Origin: a virus
Taxonomy: Duplodnaviria; Caudoviricetes
IMG/VR virus record: IMGVR_UViG_3300044268_002382
Location: 1 to 35,488 of that record
Strand: one strand, 5' to 3'
DNA length: 35,488 nt
Below, one piece after another: positions 25,237 through 33,696 of this stretch (within the stretch, counting starts at the first letter, position 1; each line of letters begins with the position of its first letter). A model generated the notes under the pieces. The model searched no databases and had not been told where the DNA came from. It was given only the letters and a program-made list of their open reading frames with translations. A program made the translations under genes and the position numbers.

Positions 25237-25768
25237 ATTAGATGAGAATCCTTTGGTTTGTGCCAGTATGCATTGTGATAAACACGTTGTTAAAATGCCT
25301 ATTGAATACGCACAATTATTGTCAACAGCACACAGAGTATTAGATGGTGAAGAATATATTGGTAAAACCAAAACTGGTCGTAAAGCAAAAAGATATAGAT
25401 TAAATGATGAGAGAGAAAAACATTTATATATGGCATCACATATTAAACACCCAGATGGTATATGGGTAAGACAATCATCGGGTAATTATTATAAATTGTT
25501 TTTTCTTTATATGTCGTTACTTACAGAGTTTACACATCGTTATGGAAAAGTACATGGTGCATCTAAACCATCTTTTTGGTTACAAAAAACACCAAACAAT
25601 ATTCCTTTTGGATTTGAAACAGAACTACCACAGTGTATGCCAGAAGATTGTAAAACTAACAACGTTATTGATGCATATCATAATTACTATATACACTATA
25701 AAAAAGATTTTGCCACATGGAAAAATAGAAACACACCAGAGTGGTATATAAATGGATTAAAAAACTAA
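25223..25768 (+). CDS. Pyrimidine-dimer DNA glycosylase-like protein
   Basis: MNIFELD...HCDKHVVKMPIEYAQLLSTAH, HP..IWVR and AYHNYY. Confidence 0.7.
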   Translation: MNIFELDENPLVCASMHCDKHVVKMPIEYAQLLSTAHRVLDGEEYIGKTKTGRKAKRYRLNDEREKHLYMASHIKHPDGIWVRQSSGNYYKLFFLYMSLLTEFTHRYGKVHGASKPSFWLQKTPNNIPFGFETELPQCMPEDCKTNNVIDAYHNYYIHYKKDFATWKNRNTPEWYINGLKN

Positions 25769-26067
25769 TGCCAACTTATATAATTAAAGATAAAGAAACA
25801 GAAAAAGAGTTTGAAGAATTTTGTACGTGGACTGAACTACAAGATTTATTATCGAAAAATCCTAAATATGAACAGATGCCAACTGCAGCTGCTTTAGTAG
25901 GTGATCATCTTATGGGCGTTGGTCCTAAGATTGATAATGGATTTAAAGATAACTTATCAAGAATAGCAGATGCACACCCAGATTCTGCTCTTGCAGAAAG
26001 ATATGGTTCTAAAGACCACAAAAGAATTAAGACAAAACAAGTCTTAAAAAAACACGGATTAATGTAG
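25768..26067 (+). CDS. FmdB-like small protein (start revised to ATG 25768)
   Basis: MPTY...N-terminus; TAATG coupling. Confidence 0.6.
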   Translation: MPTYIIKDKETEKEFEEFCTWTELQDLLSKNPKYEQMPTAAALVGDHLMGVGPKIDNGFKDNLSRIADAHPDSALAERYGSKDHKRIKTKQVLKKHGLM

Positions 26068-26075
26068 GAGATATT

Positions 26076-26348
26076 ATGAGAGATAAAATAATACAATCGA
26101 TGATTGAACATGCCAAAGGTCATATTCATAAACATAAAATGAATGTTGAGATTTATCTAAACAATGCTGTAGGTATTGGTGGTAAGGATAATGCAGATAT
26201 ACTAGAAGAGATTGAAAAAGAATTAAATATAGTTGCAATGTATCATGATCAAATTGAAATGTTTAATAAATATTTTAAGGAAGAACAACCTAAGAGTCTT
26301 AACGAAACAATAGAAAACAAAATAAAAAATGATGATGGTGGATGGTAG
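26076..26348 (+). CDS. Conserved hypothetical phage protein
   Basis: AGGAG RBS; HKMNVEIYLNNAVGIG...EEIEKEL. Confidence 0.7.
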   Translation: MRDKIIQSMIEHAKGHIHKHKMNVEIYLNNAVGIGGKDNADILEEIEKELNIVAMYHDQIEMFNKYFKEEQPKSLNETIENKIKNDDGGW

Positions 26349-26521
26349 AAAAAAATAAAATAGAAAAGTCTTTTGACGAATACTGGGCAGAGGAAGAAAA
26401 AGTCATGAAGATGAGTTATGGCGTATCTAAAGAATGGAAAGCTTTAAGACTTAATAAATCACCTGCAAAAGAACTTGTTGATAGATGCGAAGGTAGAATA
26501 AAAGATGGCGAAAAAGAATAA
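26342..26521 (+). CDS. 59-aa hypothetical protein (not in ORF track)
   Basis: MVEKNKIEKSFDEYWAEEE...; fills the gap before phoH. Confidence 0.6.
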   Translation: MVEKNKIEKSFDEYWAEEEKVMKMSYGVSKEWKALRLNKSPAKELVDRCEGRIKDGEKE

Positions 26522-27224
26522 CGATTTAAATTTAAAAGATATGTTATCACTGAAACCAATAGGTGATAATCAAAAGGTTGTTTTTGATACTTGGGATAAA
26601 GATAAAAATCAATTTGTTTTTGGTGCTGCCGGAACGGGTAAAACATTTATACTTTTATACAAAGCATTACAAGATGTATTAAATCCTAATACAGAATATG
26701 ATAGAGTAATAATAGTTAGATCACTTATTCCTACTAGAGAGATCGGTTTTTTACCTGGTGATGAAGAAGATAAATCAGCACTGTATCAAATTAATTACAT
26801 GAACATGGTACGTTTTATGTTTCAACAACCAAACGAACAAGCGTTTCTAATGTTGTTCGATAGACTAAAACAACAAGGATCATTACATTTTATGTCAACA
26901 TCTTTTCTAAGAGGATTAACATTTGATAATTCAATTATAATAGTAGATGAATGTCAAAATTTAAACTTTCATGAATTAGATACAATCATTACAAGAGTTG
27001 GACAAAATTCAAAGATATCATTTGCCGGTGATTTCTTTCAAACAGATTTAACAAAGTCAGCAGAAAAAAATGGATTACAAGATTTTGTTAGAATATTAGA
27101 TAATATGCCGTCTTTCAATGTTACTGAATTTAATATTGGTGATATAGTAAGAAGTGGTTTTGTAAAAGAGTATTTAATAGAAAAAACAAAATTAGGATTT
27201 GGAGTCGATAATGAGCAATTTTAA
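26505..27224 (+). CDS. phoH: PhoH family ATPase
   Basis: GAAGTGKT, IGFLPG, FLRGLTF, IIVDECQN, GDFFQTDL and DIVRSG. Confidence 0.95.
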   Translation: MAKKNNDLNLKDMLSLKPIGDNQKVVFDTWDKDKNQFVFGAAGTGKTFILLYKALQDVLNPNTEYDRVIIVRSLIPTREIGFLPGDEEDKSALYQINYMNMVRFMFQQPNEQAFLMLFDRLKQQGSLHFMSTSFLRGLTFDNSIIIVDECQNLNFHELDTIITRVGQNSKISFAGDFFQTDLTKSAEKNGLQDFVRILDNMPSFNVTEFNIGDIVRSGFVKEYLIEKTKLGFGVDNEQF

Positions 27225-27732
27225 TAAATGTCTAGAGATAGTTTTACATCATGAGGGTGGATATGTAAATCATCCAAAAGACCCTGGTGGAATGACAAAT
27301 ATGGGTGTTACAAAAAGAGTGTATGAAGAATGGGTTGGATATTCTGTATCAGAAAACACAATGCAAAATCTAAAAGAAGAAGATGTTGCACCAATCTATG
27401 AAAAAAATTATTGGGATCGTATTAAAGGAGATCAATTACCTAATGGTTTAGACTTATGCGTATTTGATTTTGGTGTAAATGCGGGCACAGGTAGAGCTGC
27501 AAAATATTTACAAGCAATGATAGGAACAGTTGCCGACGGTGGTATTGGTCCTAACACACTTGCTAAATTAGATGAGTTTATAAAAAGTAATACACTTACA
27601 GAAACAATTAGATTGTATCAAGATGAAAGACAAGATTACTACGAATCACTTAGTACATTTAAAACTTTTGGTAAGGGTTGGACTAGAAGAGTAAATGAAA
27701 CAACAGAGTTCGGATTGGAGATGGCAGAATGA
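27211..27732 (+). CDS. Glycoside hydrolase family 108 endolysin with PG-binding domain (start revised to ATG 27211)
   Basis: HEGGYVNHPKDPGGMTNMGVT, DGGIGPNTL and FGKGWTRRV; GGAG RBS. Confidence 0.92.
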   Translation: MSNFNKCLEIVLHHEGGYVNHPKDPGGMTNMGVTKRVYEEWVGYSVSENTMQNLKEEDVAPIYEKNYWDRIKGDQLPNGLDLCVFDFGVNAGTGRAAKYLQAMIGTVADGGIGPNTLAKLDEFIKSNTLTETIRLYQDERQDYYESLSTFKTFGKGWTRRVNETTEFGLEMAE

Positions 27733-27818
27733 TATGTCAAAATTGTGACCATGCGTGTCACTGTTCAAACGGAGGTTCTTGTACAACTTGTAGTTGTGGC
27801 AATTGTGAATGTAAATAA
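27729..27818 (+). CDS. 29-aa Cys-rich metallothionein-like peptide (not in ORF track)
   Basis: MICQNCDHACHCSNGGSCTTCSCGNCECK (9 Cys, 2 His); ATGA overlap; ends 3 nt before the next ATG. Confidence 0.7.
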   Translation: MICQNCDHACHCSNGGSCTTCSCGNCECK

Positions 27819-27821
27819 ATT

Positions 27822-28496
27822 ATGTTTAATCATGTACAGGTGAGTGAATTACCTCAGTTAAAAACTGAAAATATTAATAAAAAAAGATATTATATAACAC
27901 CAGACGGTAATAAGTATCCGTCTATCACTACAGTTTTATCTAATAGAAATAAAAAAGGTTTATTTGAGTGGCGAAAGAGAGTTGGTGAAGATGTTGCTAA
28001 TTATGTTGCTAGGACTGCGGCTAATCGTGGTACTAAAGTTCACCACATGTGTGAGGATTTTTTAAATAATAAAGAAGTATCTACCGAACCATTTTTTGCA
28101 GCTTGTTTATTTAATCAACTTAAACCTATCCTAACAAAAAAAATAAACAACATACATTTTCAAGAATGTGCTTTATATTCTGATAAACTTGGCATCGCAG
28201 GTCGTGTAGATTGTATCGCAGAGTATGATGGCAAGTTATCGATAATTGATTTTAAAACATCATCAAGAGAAAGAACTGATGAGTGGAATGAAAATTATTA
28301 CATACAAGCATCAGCATATGCTGAGATGTATGAAGAGAGAACAGGTACACCTATAAGTCAAATAGTTATACTTGTAGTCACTGAAGACGGTACAGTTCAA
28401 GAGTTTGTGAGAGAAAAAACTGAGGAATATTTAGATATGTTATCATCTGCTTTACAAGATTTTAACAAAACAAGTTTAAGTTATATTAGTAACTAA
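27822..28496 (+). CDS. PD-(D/E)XK exonuclease
   Basis: YPSITTVLS, RGTKVH, AGRVDCIA...IIDFKTS and QASAYA. Confidence 0.88.
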   Translation: MFNHVQVSELPQLKTENINKKRYYITPDGNKYPSITTVLSNRNKKGLFEWRKRVGEDVANYVARTAANRGTKVHHMCEDFLNNKEVSTEPFFAACLFNQLKPILTKKINNIHFQECALYSDKLGIAGRVDCIAEYDGKLSIIDFKTSSRERTDEWNENYYIQASAYAEMYEERTGTPISQIVILVVTEDGTVQEFVREKTEEYLDMLSSALQDFNKTSLSYISN

Positions 28497-28500
28497 TAAT

Positions 28501-29967
28501 ATGAAAATTTTTAGTGCTGCATTTAATAAACACGATCATAACACATATGACGGAGTTTGGCACAATCAATTAGAAAGACACACTAGATTAAAACATAATA
28601 TACCATATCATAAAGATTCTATAAAAATGAATCGAAATGATAATTCTGCCGGTAAACAATTTTACAAAGATTATTGGAATCCACAATCACATGAAATGTT
28701 TGCATTTACAACCACAGTAGGTGGATTTAATCATATAGATTCATTACAAGAACAAAAAAATTTTATGGATTGGGAACCTGATTGTTTGTGGGATTATAAA
28801 AAAGAGGGAAACTTATATTATATTGATCATCATCAATCTCATGCGGCGTATGCTTTTTTGAGTTCTGGGTTTCAAGAATCTGATATACTAGCGATTGATG
28901 GTAGAGGATACAAATACAATACTGTTTTTTTCAATAACAATGGTAAACTTAATAATTTAAATTTGTATGTCGGTACGGCATGGGATTGGTTTTCAAAAAA
29001 AATAGGATTTGGTGTTTATGGTGAAAGTAAAGTTATGGGTTTAGCAGCTTATGGAAAATACAATATTGAACTTCATATGTTGTTAGATGATTTTTGGCAC
29101 ACAAACGAATTAGAGCCATATGAAAAATTTGAAGATATTATAAAAAATGTTAGTCATCAAGATATTGCTTATACATTACAGTATGCAACTGAAGAAATAA
29201 TATTTGAAACTATAATTAAATATAAAACATCAGATAATTTATGTATTACAGGTGGTGTTGCATACAATGGTTATGTGAATGAAAAGTTAACAGATGTATA
29301 TAAAAATGTTTTTGTACCTCCAGCACCTGGTGATGAAGGACAATCTTTAGGTACTTACATGCACTGTGATTACACTATCAATAATAATAAACACGTACCA
29401 AACGTTTATGCAGGTAAAAAATATAATTATGTTGGTAAAGAAAAAGTAAACTTAAAAGAAGTTGCAAAATCTATTGCTGACGGAAAAATTGTTGGTTGGT
29501 TTCAAGGTAAATCAGAAAGTGGTAATCGTGCATTGGGTAATAGAAGTATATTGGCTGATCCAAGAAACCCACACATCAAAAATATAATTAATCTGACCAT
29601 AAAAAAGAGAGAGGATTTTAGACCATTTGCACCATCAGTTATGATTGAACACTATAAAGATTACTTTGATACAAATCAACCATCGCCATATATGTCACGA
29701 ATTGTTAAAGTTAAATCAGATAAAATACCAGGTGTTACACACGTTGATAATACATCAAGAATACAAACTGTAGATTCAAAAGACAATCCAAGATTTCATG
29801 AACTTATTCAATGGTTTCACATAATCACAGGTATACCTATGCTTCTTAATACAAGTTTAAATTGTCAAGAACCAATTGTTGAGACACCTGAGGATGCAAT
29901 CAACACTTTTAAAAATACTAATCTTGATATTCTAGTCATTGATGATTATGTCATAAAAAGGGGTTGA
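28501..29967 (+). CDS. Carbamoyltransferase (NodU/CmcH family)
   Basis: HHQSHAAYAF, IDGRG, KVMGLAAYG, GGVAYN, RALGNRSILADPR, FRPFAP and LLNTS. Confidence 0.92.
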   Translation: MKIFSAAFNKHDHNTYDGVWHNQLERHTRLKHNIPYHKDSIKMNRNDNSAGKQFYKDYWNPQSHEMFAFTTTVGGFNHIDSLQEQKNFMDWEPDCLWDYKKEGNLYYIDHHQSHAAYAFLSSGFQESDILAIDGRGYKYNTVFFNNNGKLNNLNLYVGTAWDWFSKKIGFGVYGESKVMGLAAYGKYNIELHMLLDDFWHTNELEPYEKFEDIIKNVSHQDIAYTLQYATEEIIFETIIKYKTSDNLCITGGVAYNGYVNEKLTDVYKNVFVPPAPGDEGQSLGTYMHCDYTINNNKHVPNVYAGKKYNYVGKEKVNLKEVAKSIADGKIVGWFQGKSESGNRALGNRSILADPRNPHIKNIINLTIKKREDFRPFAPSVMIEHYKDYFDTNQPSPYMSRIVKVKSDKIPGVTHVDNTSRIQTVDSKDNPRFHELIQWFHIITGIPMLLNTSLNCQEPIVETPEDAINTFKNTNLDILVIDDYVIKRG

Positions 29968-29994
29968 CAACTTAAACAAAATATGATATAAATA
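29964..29994 (+). promoter_or_regulatory. Composite sigma70 / T4 late promoter of tmRNA
   Basis: TTGACA (29964-69), 17 bp, then TATAAATA (29987-94). Confidence 0.75.
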
Positions 29995-29998
29995 TGCT

Positions 29999-30219
29999 TG
30001 AAGTCGTTGACGTTTTGTAAAACGCTGTAAAGGACGTGGGGGCAGTACCCACCACCTCCACCAGATAAACCCCGAATTAGGGGGTGAAATAGGTTTGACT
30101 TATAGTAAGTATCCTAACTGAGATTTCATTTTTAAATGCAGACCAATATGAGTATGCAATGGCTGCCTAACTAGGTAGTCGGGGTTTGATCGGTGTACCC
30201 GGCAACAGAAACACCGACT
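29999..30219 (+). ncRNA. ssrA: Circularly permuted (two-piece) tmRNA, alphaproteobacterial type
   Basis: T-arm GTGGG-GGCAGTA-CCCAC; CACCTCC-A-CCA ending at 30063; 5' strand GGGGGTG at 30080 giving G3:U70; tag ADQYEYAMAA* at 30138-30170. Outer ends approximate. Confidence 0.92.
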
Positions 30220-30287
30220 GTTCAACGGGTTGTGCCGAAATACACACGAAAGGGATCAAGGTTAATCCCTATAAAAAGGAGTATATT

Positions 30288-30488
30288 ATGGACGGAAACA
30301 CATTGATTTTCTTATCTTTAATTAGTTTTATAGCAATCATTGGTATACTTGTTAGTGTTCGTAAAACAACAACCAATAAATCGAATAGAGTAGTATCTAC
30401 ATTTGACGAATTGGAAAAACAAGTAAAACCTAAAAAAGATAAAAAGAAAACAAAAACTAAAACCAAAAAGAAAAAAACAAAAAAATAA
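30288..30488 (+). CDS. Single-TM protein with Lys-rich tail (start revised to ATG 30288)
   Basis: AAGGAG RBS; LIFLSLISFIAIIGILV helix; KPKKDKKKTKTK tail. Confidence 0.7.
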   Translation: MDGNTLIFLSLISFIAIIGILVSVRKTTTNKSNRVVSTFDELEKQVKPKKDKKKTKTKTKKKKTKK

Positions 30489-30491
30489 TTT

Positions 30492-30725
30492 ATGGATATA
30501 TTTAAGAAGACTCCAAAAATTTTTTCACTTGAGATAGAAAAAATAGCATCTGAAAAACGATTAACACATTTAGATGCTGTTTTATATTACTGTGATAAAA
30601 ATGAAGTAGAAGTTGAAAGTGTAAGCAAACTAATAACAAAAGCATTAAAAGATAAAATAGAAGCAAATGCTAGAGAACTTAAATTATTAAATGATGATAT
30701 TGGAGTTGGCAAGTTGCCTGTTTAA
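30492..30725 (+). CDS. gp33: Late transcription coactivator (T4 gp33-like)
   Basis: FSLEIEKI..HLDAVLYYC..EVESVSKLITKALKDKIEANA; T4 gene order 33-59-32. Confidence 0.85.
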   Translation: MDIFKKTPKIFSLEIEKIASEKRLTHLDAVLYYCDKNEVEVESVSKLITKALKDKIEANARELKLLNDDIGVGKLPV

Positions 30726-31288
30726 TGGATGCGGCAGATGTCTTTTTAATGTATTGTGCCATCAAGGCACATTTTAGTAGAGAAAATTATGACTATCATA
30801 AATTTTCAGGTAAAACAAAAACAAAGAGAGATAGTTTTTACAAAAGAAAAGATAGATTTTTTTTTGCACGATTATCTAGGAAATATAACACAAAAGAAGA
30901 AATAGAAGCATATCTGGTATCAAACTATGTGGCTTGTAAAGGTGGTTGGGTAGGAAAGTTTGATGATGAAGTTTATAAAGAATGGAAACGTAAAACACAA
31001 TCATTATCATATAATTTTGTTAGTGAACTAACACCATATGCAGAAAGATTTGAAGAATTATTTGAGTGGGGCGATACTCACCCCTTACTATTAAGAGAGT
31101 ATCTTGGAAAAAGATTGTCTATGGAAACAATGATCATATTAGACGAATTGACACACTTTCAGAAAAAATGGAATGATGATGATATGATATGGAAAGATGT
31201 AAAAAAACTTATGAATAAGTATAAAAAGTTCTTGACAATAGACAAAAATAAATGTAAAGTAAAGCTAATTAATCTAATAAAGGAATAA
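30725..31288 (+). CDS. gp59: Helicase loader (T4 gp59-like)
   Basis: YCAIKAHF..YDYHKF.GK, RKDRFFFARLS and SMETMIILD. Confidence 0.88.
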   Translation: MDAADVFLMYCAIKAHFSRENYDYHKFSGKTKTKRDSFYKRKDRFFFARLSRKYNTKEEIEAYLVSNYVACKGGWVGKFDDEVYKEWKRKTQSLSYNFVSELTPYAERFEELFEWGDTHPLLLREYLGKRLSMETMIILDELTHFQKKWNDDDMIWKDVKKLMNKYKKFLTIDKNKCKVKLINLIKE

Positions 31289-31291
31289 ATC

Positions 31292-31513
31292 ATGTCTGAT
31301 TTCAAACAAGCATTTGAAAAGGCTGGAGTTGATGAGTTAGAAGTTGCAAAACAGACTATCATCAATCAACAAGAAACAATCAGAGAATTAGAATTTGATT
31401 GTGCAATGTTGCAAAGACAGTTAAGTGATCTTGGTCAAAAGATTGCTAAGATTACAAACAAACCCTTTAAGAAACCATTTACAAAAAAGTTTGAGAAACG
31501 TGCAGTCCAATAG
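31292..31513 (+). CDS. Coiled-coil hypothetical protein
   Basis: AAGGA RBS; heptad pattern and basic tail. Confidence 0.65.
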   Translation: MSDFKQAFEKAGVDELEVAKQTIINQQETIRELEFDCAMLQRQLSDLGQKIAKITNKPFKKPFTKKFEKRAVQ

Positions 31514-32297
31514 ACATTTTGTATATGGAAACGGTGAAAGTCGTAAGGGTTTTTCTGTAAAAAACTATGGAGGTGTGTCTTGGGGTTGTAATGCAATCTA
31601 TAGAGACACCGCTGTAGATAATTTAGTTGTTGTAGATTACGCAATGCAAGGCGAAGTCTATGATAATGATTATCCTAAAAATCATAAATGTTGGTTTTCT
31701 GATTGGAATCCTATACCAAGTGAACCTTTCATGATAGAAACATTTACTAAAGATTTTGAAGATAATCAAATATTTAAATATGGATTTGACTACGGCACAT
31801 GCATAATAAATGGTTCACACCCAGTAGTGGTAGAACAAAAAGTTAACGAAATTAAAGACGAGTTTCCACATTTAGATAAAAAAGATTTACAATTAAAAAT
31901 GAAAAAAGATTTAGGTTTGCATATCATTTATGACAATCCACAAGTCGATAAAATAGAATCAATAAGTGATCCTAAAGATTGGTCGGCTGGATCTACAGCA
32001 GTTCATCTTGCTTGTCAAAATGGTGCAGAAGAGGTATATATGTTTGGGTTTGATCTATCTACATATGATGATCACATAAATAATATATACAAAGGCAGTA
32101 AAAACTATTTACCCGAAACGGCAAAAGGTTTTAATGCTGTCAATTGGCGTTCCCAATTATTCATGACTTTCAATGAATTTAACAAAGTCAAGTTTAAATG
32201 GGTAGGAAATGATTTTAGATATATTAATAATTCTAAAATTATGGACTGTAAAAACGTAGAACTATTAACATACGATAACATAGGAGACATACGATGA
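31500..32297 (+). CDS. Conserved hypothetical protein, DUF115/Maf-like Rossmann fold (likely GTG start at 31500)
   Basis: VYGNGESRK, WGCNAIYRD, WSAGSTA and YMFGFDL. Confidence 0.65.
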   Translation: MQSNRHFVYGNGESRKGFSVKNYGGVSWGCNAIYRDTAVDNLVVVDYAMQGEVYDNDYPKNHKCWFSDWNPIPSEPFMIETFTKDFEDNQIFKYGFDYGTCIINGSHPVVVEQKVNEIKDEFPHLDKKDLQLKMKKDLGLHIIYDNPQVDKIESISDPKDWSAGSTAVHLACQNGAEEVYMFGFDLSTYDDHINNIYKGSKNYLPETAKGFNAVNWRSQLFMTFNEFNKVKFKWVGNDFRYINNSKIMDCKNVELLTYDNIGDIR

Positions 32298-33193
32298 CAT
32301 TAGATAACATACGTAAAAATAATTCTCTTGACAAACTACTCGGTGCTGTCAAGGAAGAAAACCAACCTCAAGAAAAAAAATCATACACTGATGAAAGGTT
32401 ATGGAAACCAGAGTTGGATAAGTCTGGTAACGGATATGCCGTTTTAAGATTCTTACCTGCAGTGCATGGTGAGGACTTGCCTTGGGCGAAGGTTTATACT
32501 CATGCATTCCAAGGTCCTACAGGACAATGGTATATTGAGAACTCACTTACCTCAATCGGAGGTAAAGACCCAGTATCAGAATATAATTCAAAACTTTGGA
32601 ATACAGGTATTGAATCTGATAAAGAGATCGCTCGTAAACAAAAGAGAAAGTTATCATACTACTCAAGCATTTACGTTGTAAGTGATCCAAAACACCCAGA
32701 AAACGAAGGTAAAGTTTTCTTATTTAAATATGGTAAGAAAATTTATGACAAACTATTGGCTGCAATGCAACCAGAGTTTGAGGACGAGACACCTGTCAAT
32801 CCATTTGACCCATTCTCAGGTGCGAACTTTAAATTAAAGATTCGTAAAGTTGATGGTTATTGGAACTACGACAAGTCAGAGTTCGAAGCACCTTCTAAAT
32901 TGTTTGATGATGAAGCGAAAGTTGAGGACGTTTGTTCAAAGGCATTTGCATTATCTGAATTTACAAGTCAATCAAACTTTAAATCATACGATGAATTGAA
33001 AACTAGATTAGATGTTGTACTATCTGGTACAGTATCAATCGGAAATGTGGCAGACGGAATCGCAGAGGTAAAGGAAACTAAACCAACTGCATCAACAGCC
33101 CCTTCAACACAGGCAACAGATACAACTCCTACACCTGAGAGTATTGAAGAGGATGATACAATGTCATATTTCGAAAAGTTGGCAAATTCCTAA
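32294..33193 (+). CDS. gp32: Single-stranded DNA-binding protein (T4 gp32-like)
   Basis: DKSGNGYAVLRFLP, WYIENSL, GKVFLFKYGKKI, NYDKSEF and an acidic tail. Confidence 0.96.
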   Translation: MTLDNIRKNNSLDKLLGAVKEENQPQEKKSYTDERLWKPELDKSGNGYAVLRFLPAVHGEDLPWAKVYTHAFQGPTGQWYIENSLTSIGGKDPVSEYNSKLWNTGIESDKEIARKQKRKLSYYSSIYVVSDPKHPENEGKVFLFKYGKKIYDKLLAAMQPEFEDETPVNPFDPFSGANFKLKIRKVDGYWNYDKSEFEAPSKLFDDEAKVEDVCSKAFALSEFTSQSNFKSYDELKTRLDVVLSGTVSIGNVADGIAEVKETKPTASTAPSTQATDTTPTPESIEEDDTMSYFEKLANS

Positions 33194-33203
33194 TCTGGTC
33201 AAT

Positions 33204-33216
33204 ATTGTCGCACCCT
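33204..33216 (+). repeat. 13-nt motif ATTGTCGCACCCT, copy 2
   Basis: Identical to 19196-19208. Confidence 0.7.
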
Positions 33217-33228
33217 GTAAAAAGGGTG

Positions 33229-33258
33229 TTGACAATACCCTTGATATTGTGTTATATT
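33229..33258 (+). promoter_or_regulatory. Early sigma70-type promoter
   Basis: TTGACA, 18 bp, TATATT with TGn; ATACCC in the spacer. Confidence 0.65.
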
Positions 33259-33288
33259 AATATCAATAACAAATAAAGGAAATATATT

Positions 33289-33588
33289 ATGTTTAATTTC
33301 TTAAAAAACTTATTTACTAAAAGGAGTAATATTATGGGAAGAAAAAAACTTGCGAACTCAACAAAGTTTCTTAATGCATTATTAAGAGGCGAGACAGTCA
33401 CTTGGGCTGACGCAAAAGCAACTTTCAATCTACAGAGACCAAGAGCTGTAGTTGAGAAACTAAGAGAAGACGGACACTGTGTGTACGCAAACAAATCTGT
33501 AAAGAACGGAACTTCTTACAGAATTGGTAAACCTTCGAAAGAAATCATTGCCGCAGGCCTTGCCGCAATCGATGGCGTTTACGCATAA
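33289..33588 (+). CDS. Winged-helix DNA-binding protein (alternative start ATG 33334)
   Basis: LNALLRGETVT..AKATF....PRAVVEKLREDGHCVY..TSYRIG is a wHTH pattern. Confidence 0.7.
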   Translation: MFNFLKNLFTKRSNIMGRKKLANSTKFLNALLRGETVTWADAKATFNLQRPRAVVEKLREDGHCVYANKSVKNGTSYRIGKPSKEIIAAGLAAIDGVYA

Positions 33589-33610
33589 TCTTAAACCTTA
33601 GTCTATCCTT

Positions 33611-33635
33611 AGAGGGCGCTTCGGCGCCCTTTTTT
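33611..33635 (+). terminator. Rho-independent terminator, UUCG tetraloop
   Basis: GGGCGC-TTCG-GCGCCC followed by T6. Confidence 0.92.
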
Positions 33636-33636
33636 A

Positions 33637-33644
33637 TATAAATA
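33637..33644 (+). promoter_or_regulatory. T4 late promoter TATAAATA
   Basis: Exact consensus, intergenic, upstream of the 33697 ORF. Confidence 0.75.
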
Positions 33645-33696
33645 ACAATGTATTGCATAGCGTCAATACAAAAACATACTACTATAGGAGTCAGTT

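Noticed and set aside
27822-28496. Exonuclease as a Cas4/CRISPR component
   Set aside because: No repeat-spacer array or other cas genes in the window, and no four-Cys Fe-S pattern; it fits the common phage exonuclease.
30031-30063. Stand-alone tRNA gene
   Set aside because: No anticodon arm; the 5' acceptor strand lies downstream, which is explained by permuted tmRNA.
30186-30287. N-terminal part of ORF-track call 30186..30488
   Set aside because: Overlaps the tmRNA 3' structure; the RBS supports ATG 30288.
1940-33494. Short minus-strand ORFs in the track (e.g. 1940, 2532, 4114, 5823, 5921, 8352, 10359, 10418, 13249, 16277, 18787, 20350, 21298, 23801, 25141, 25905, 26416, 30269, 31159, 31435, 32105, 33252)
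   Set aside because: Antisense shadows of well-supported + strand genes, with no recognisable motifs.
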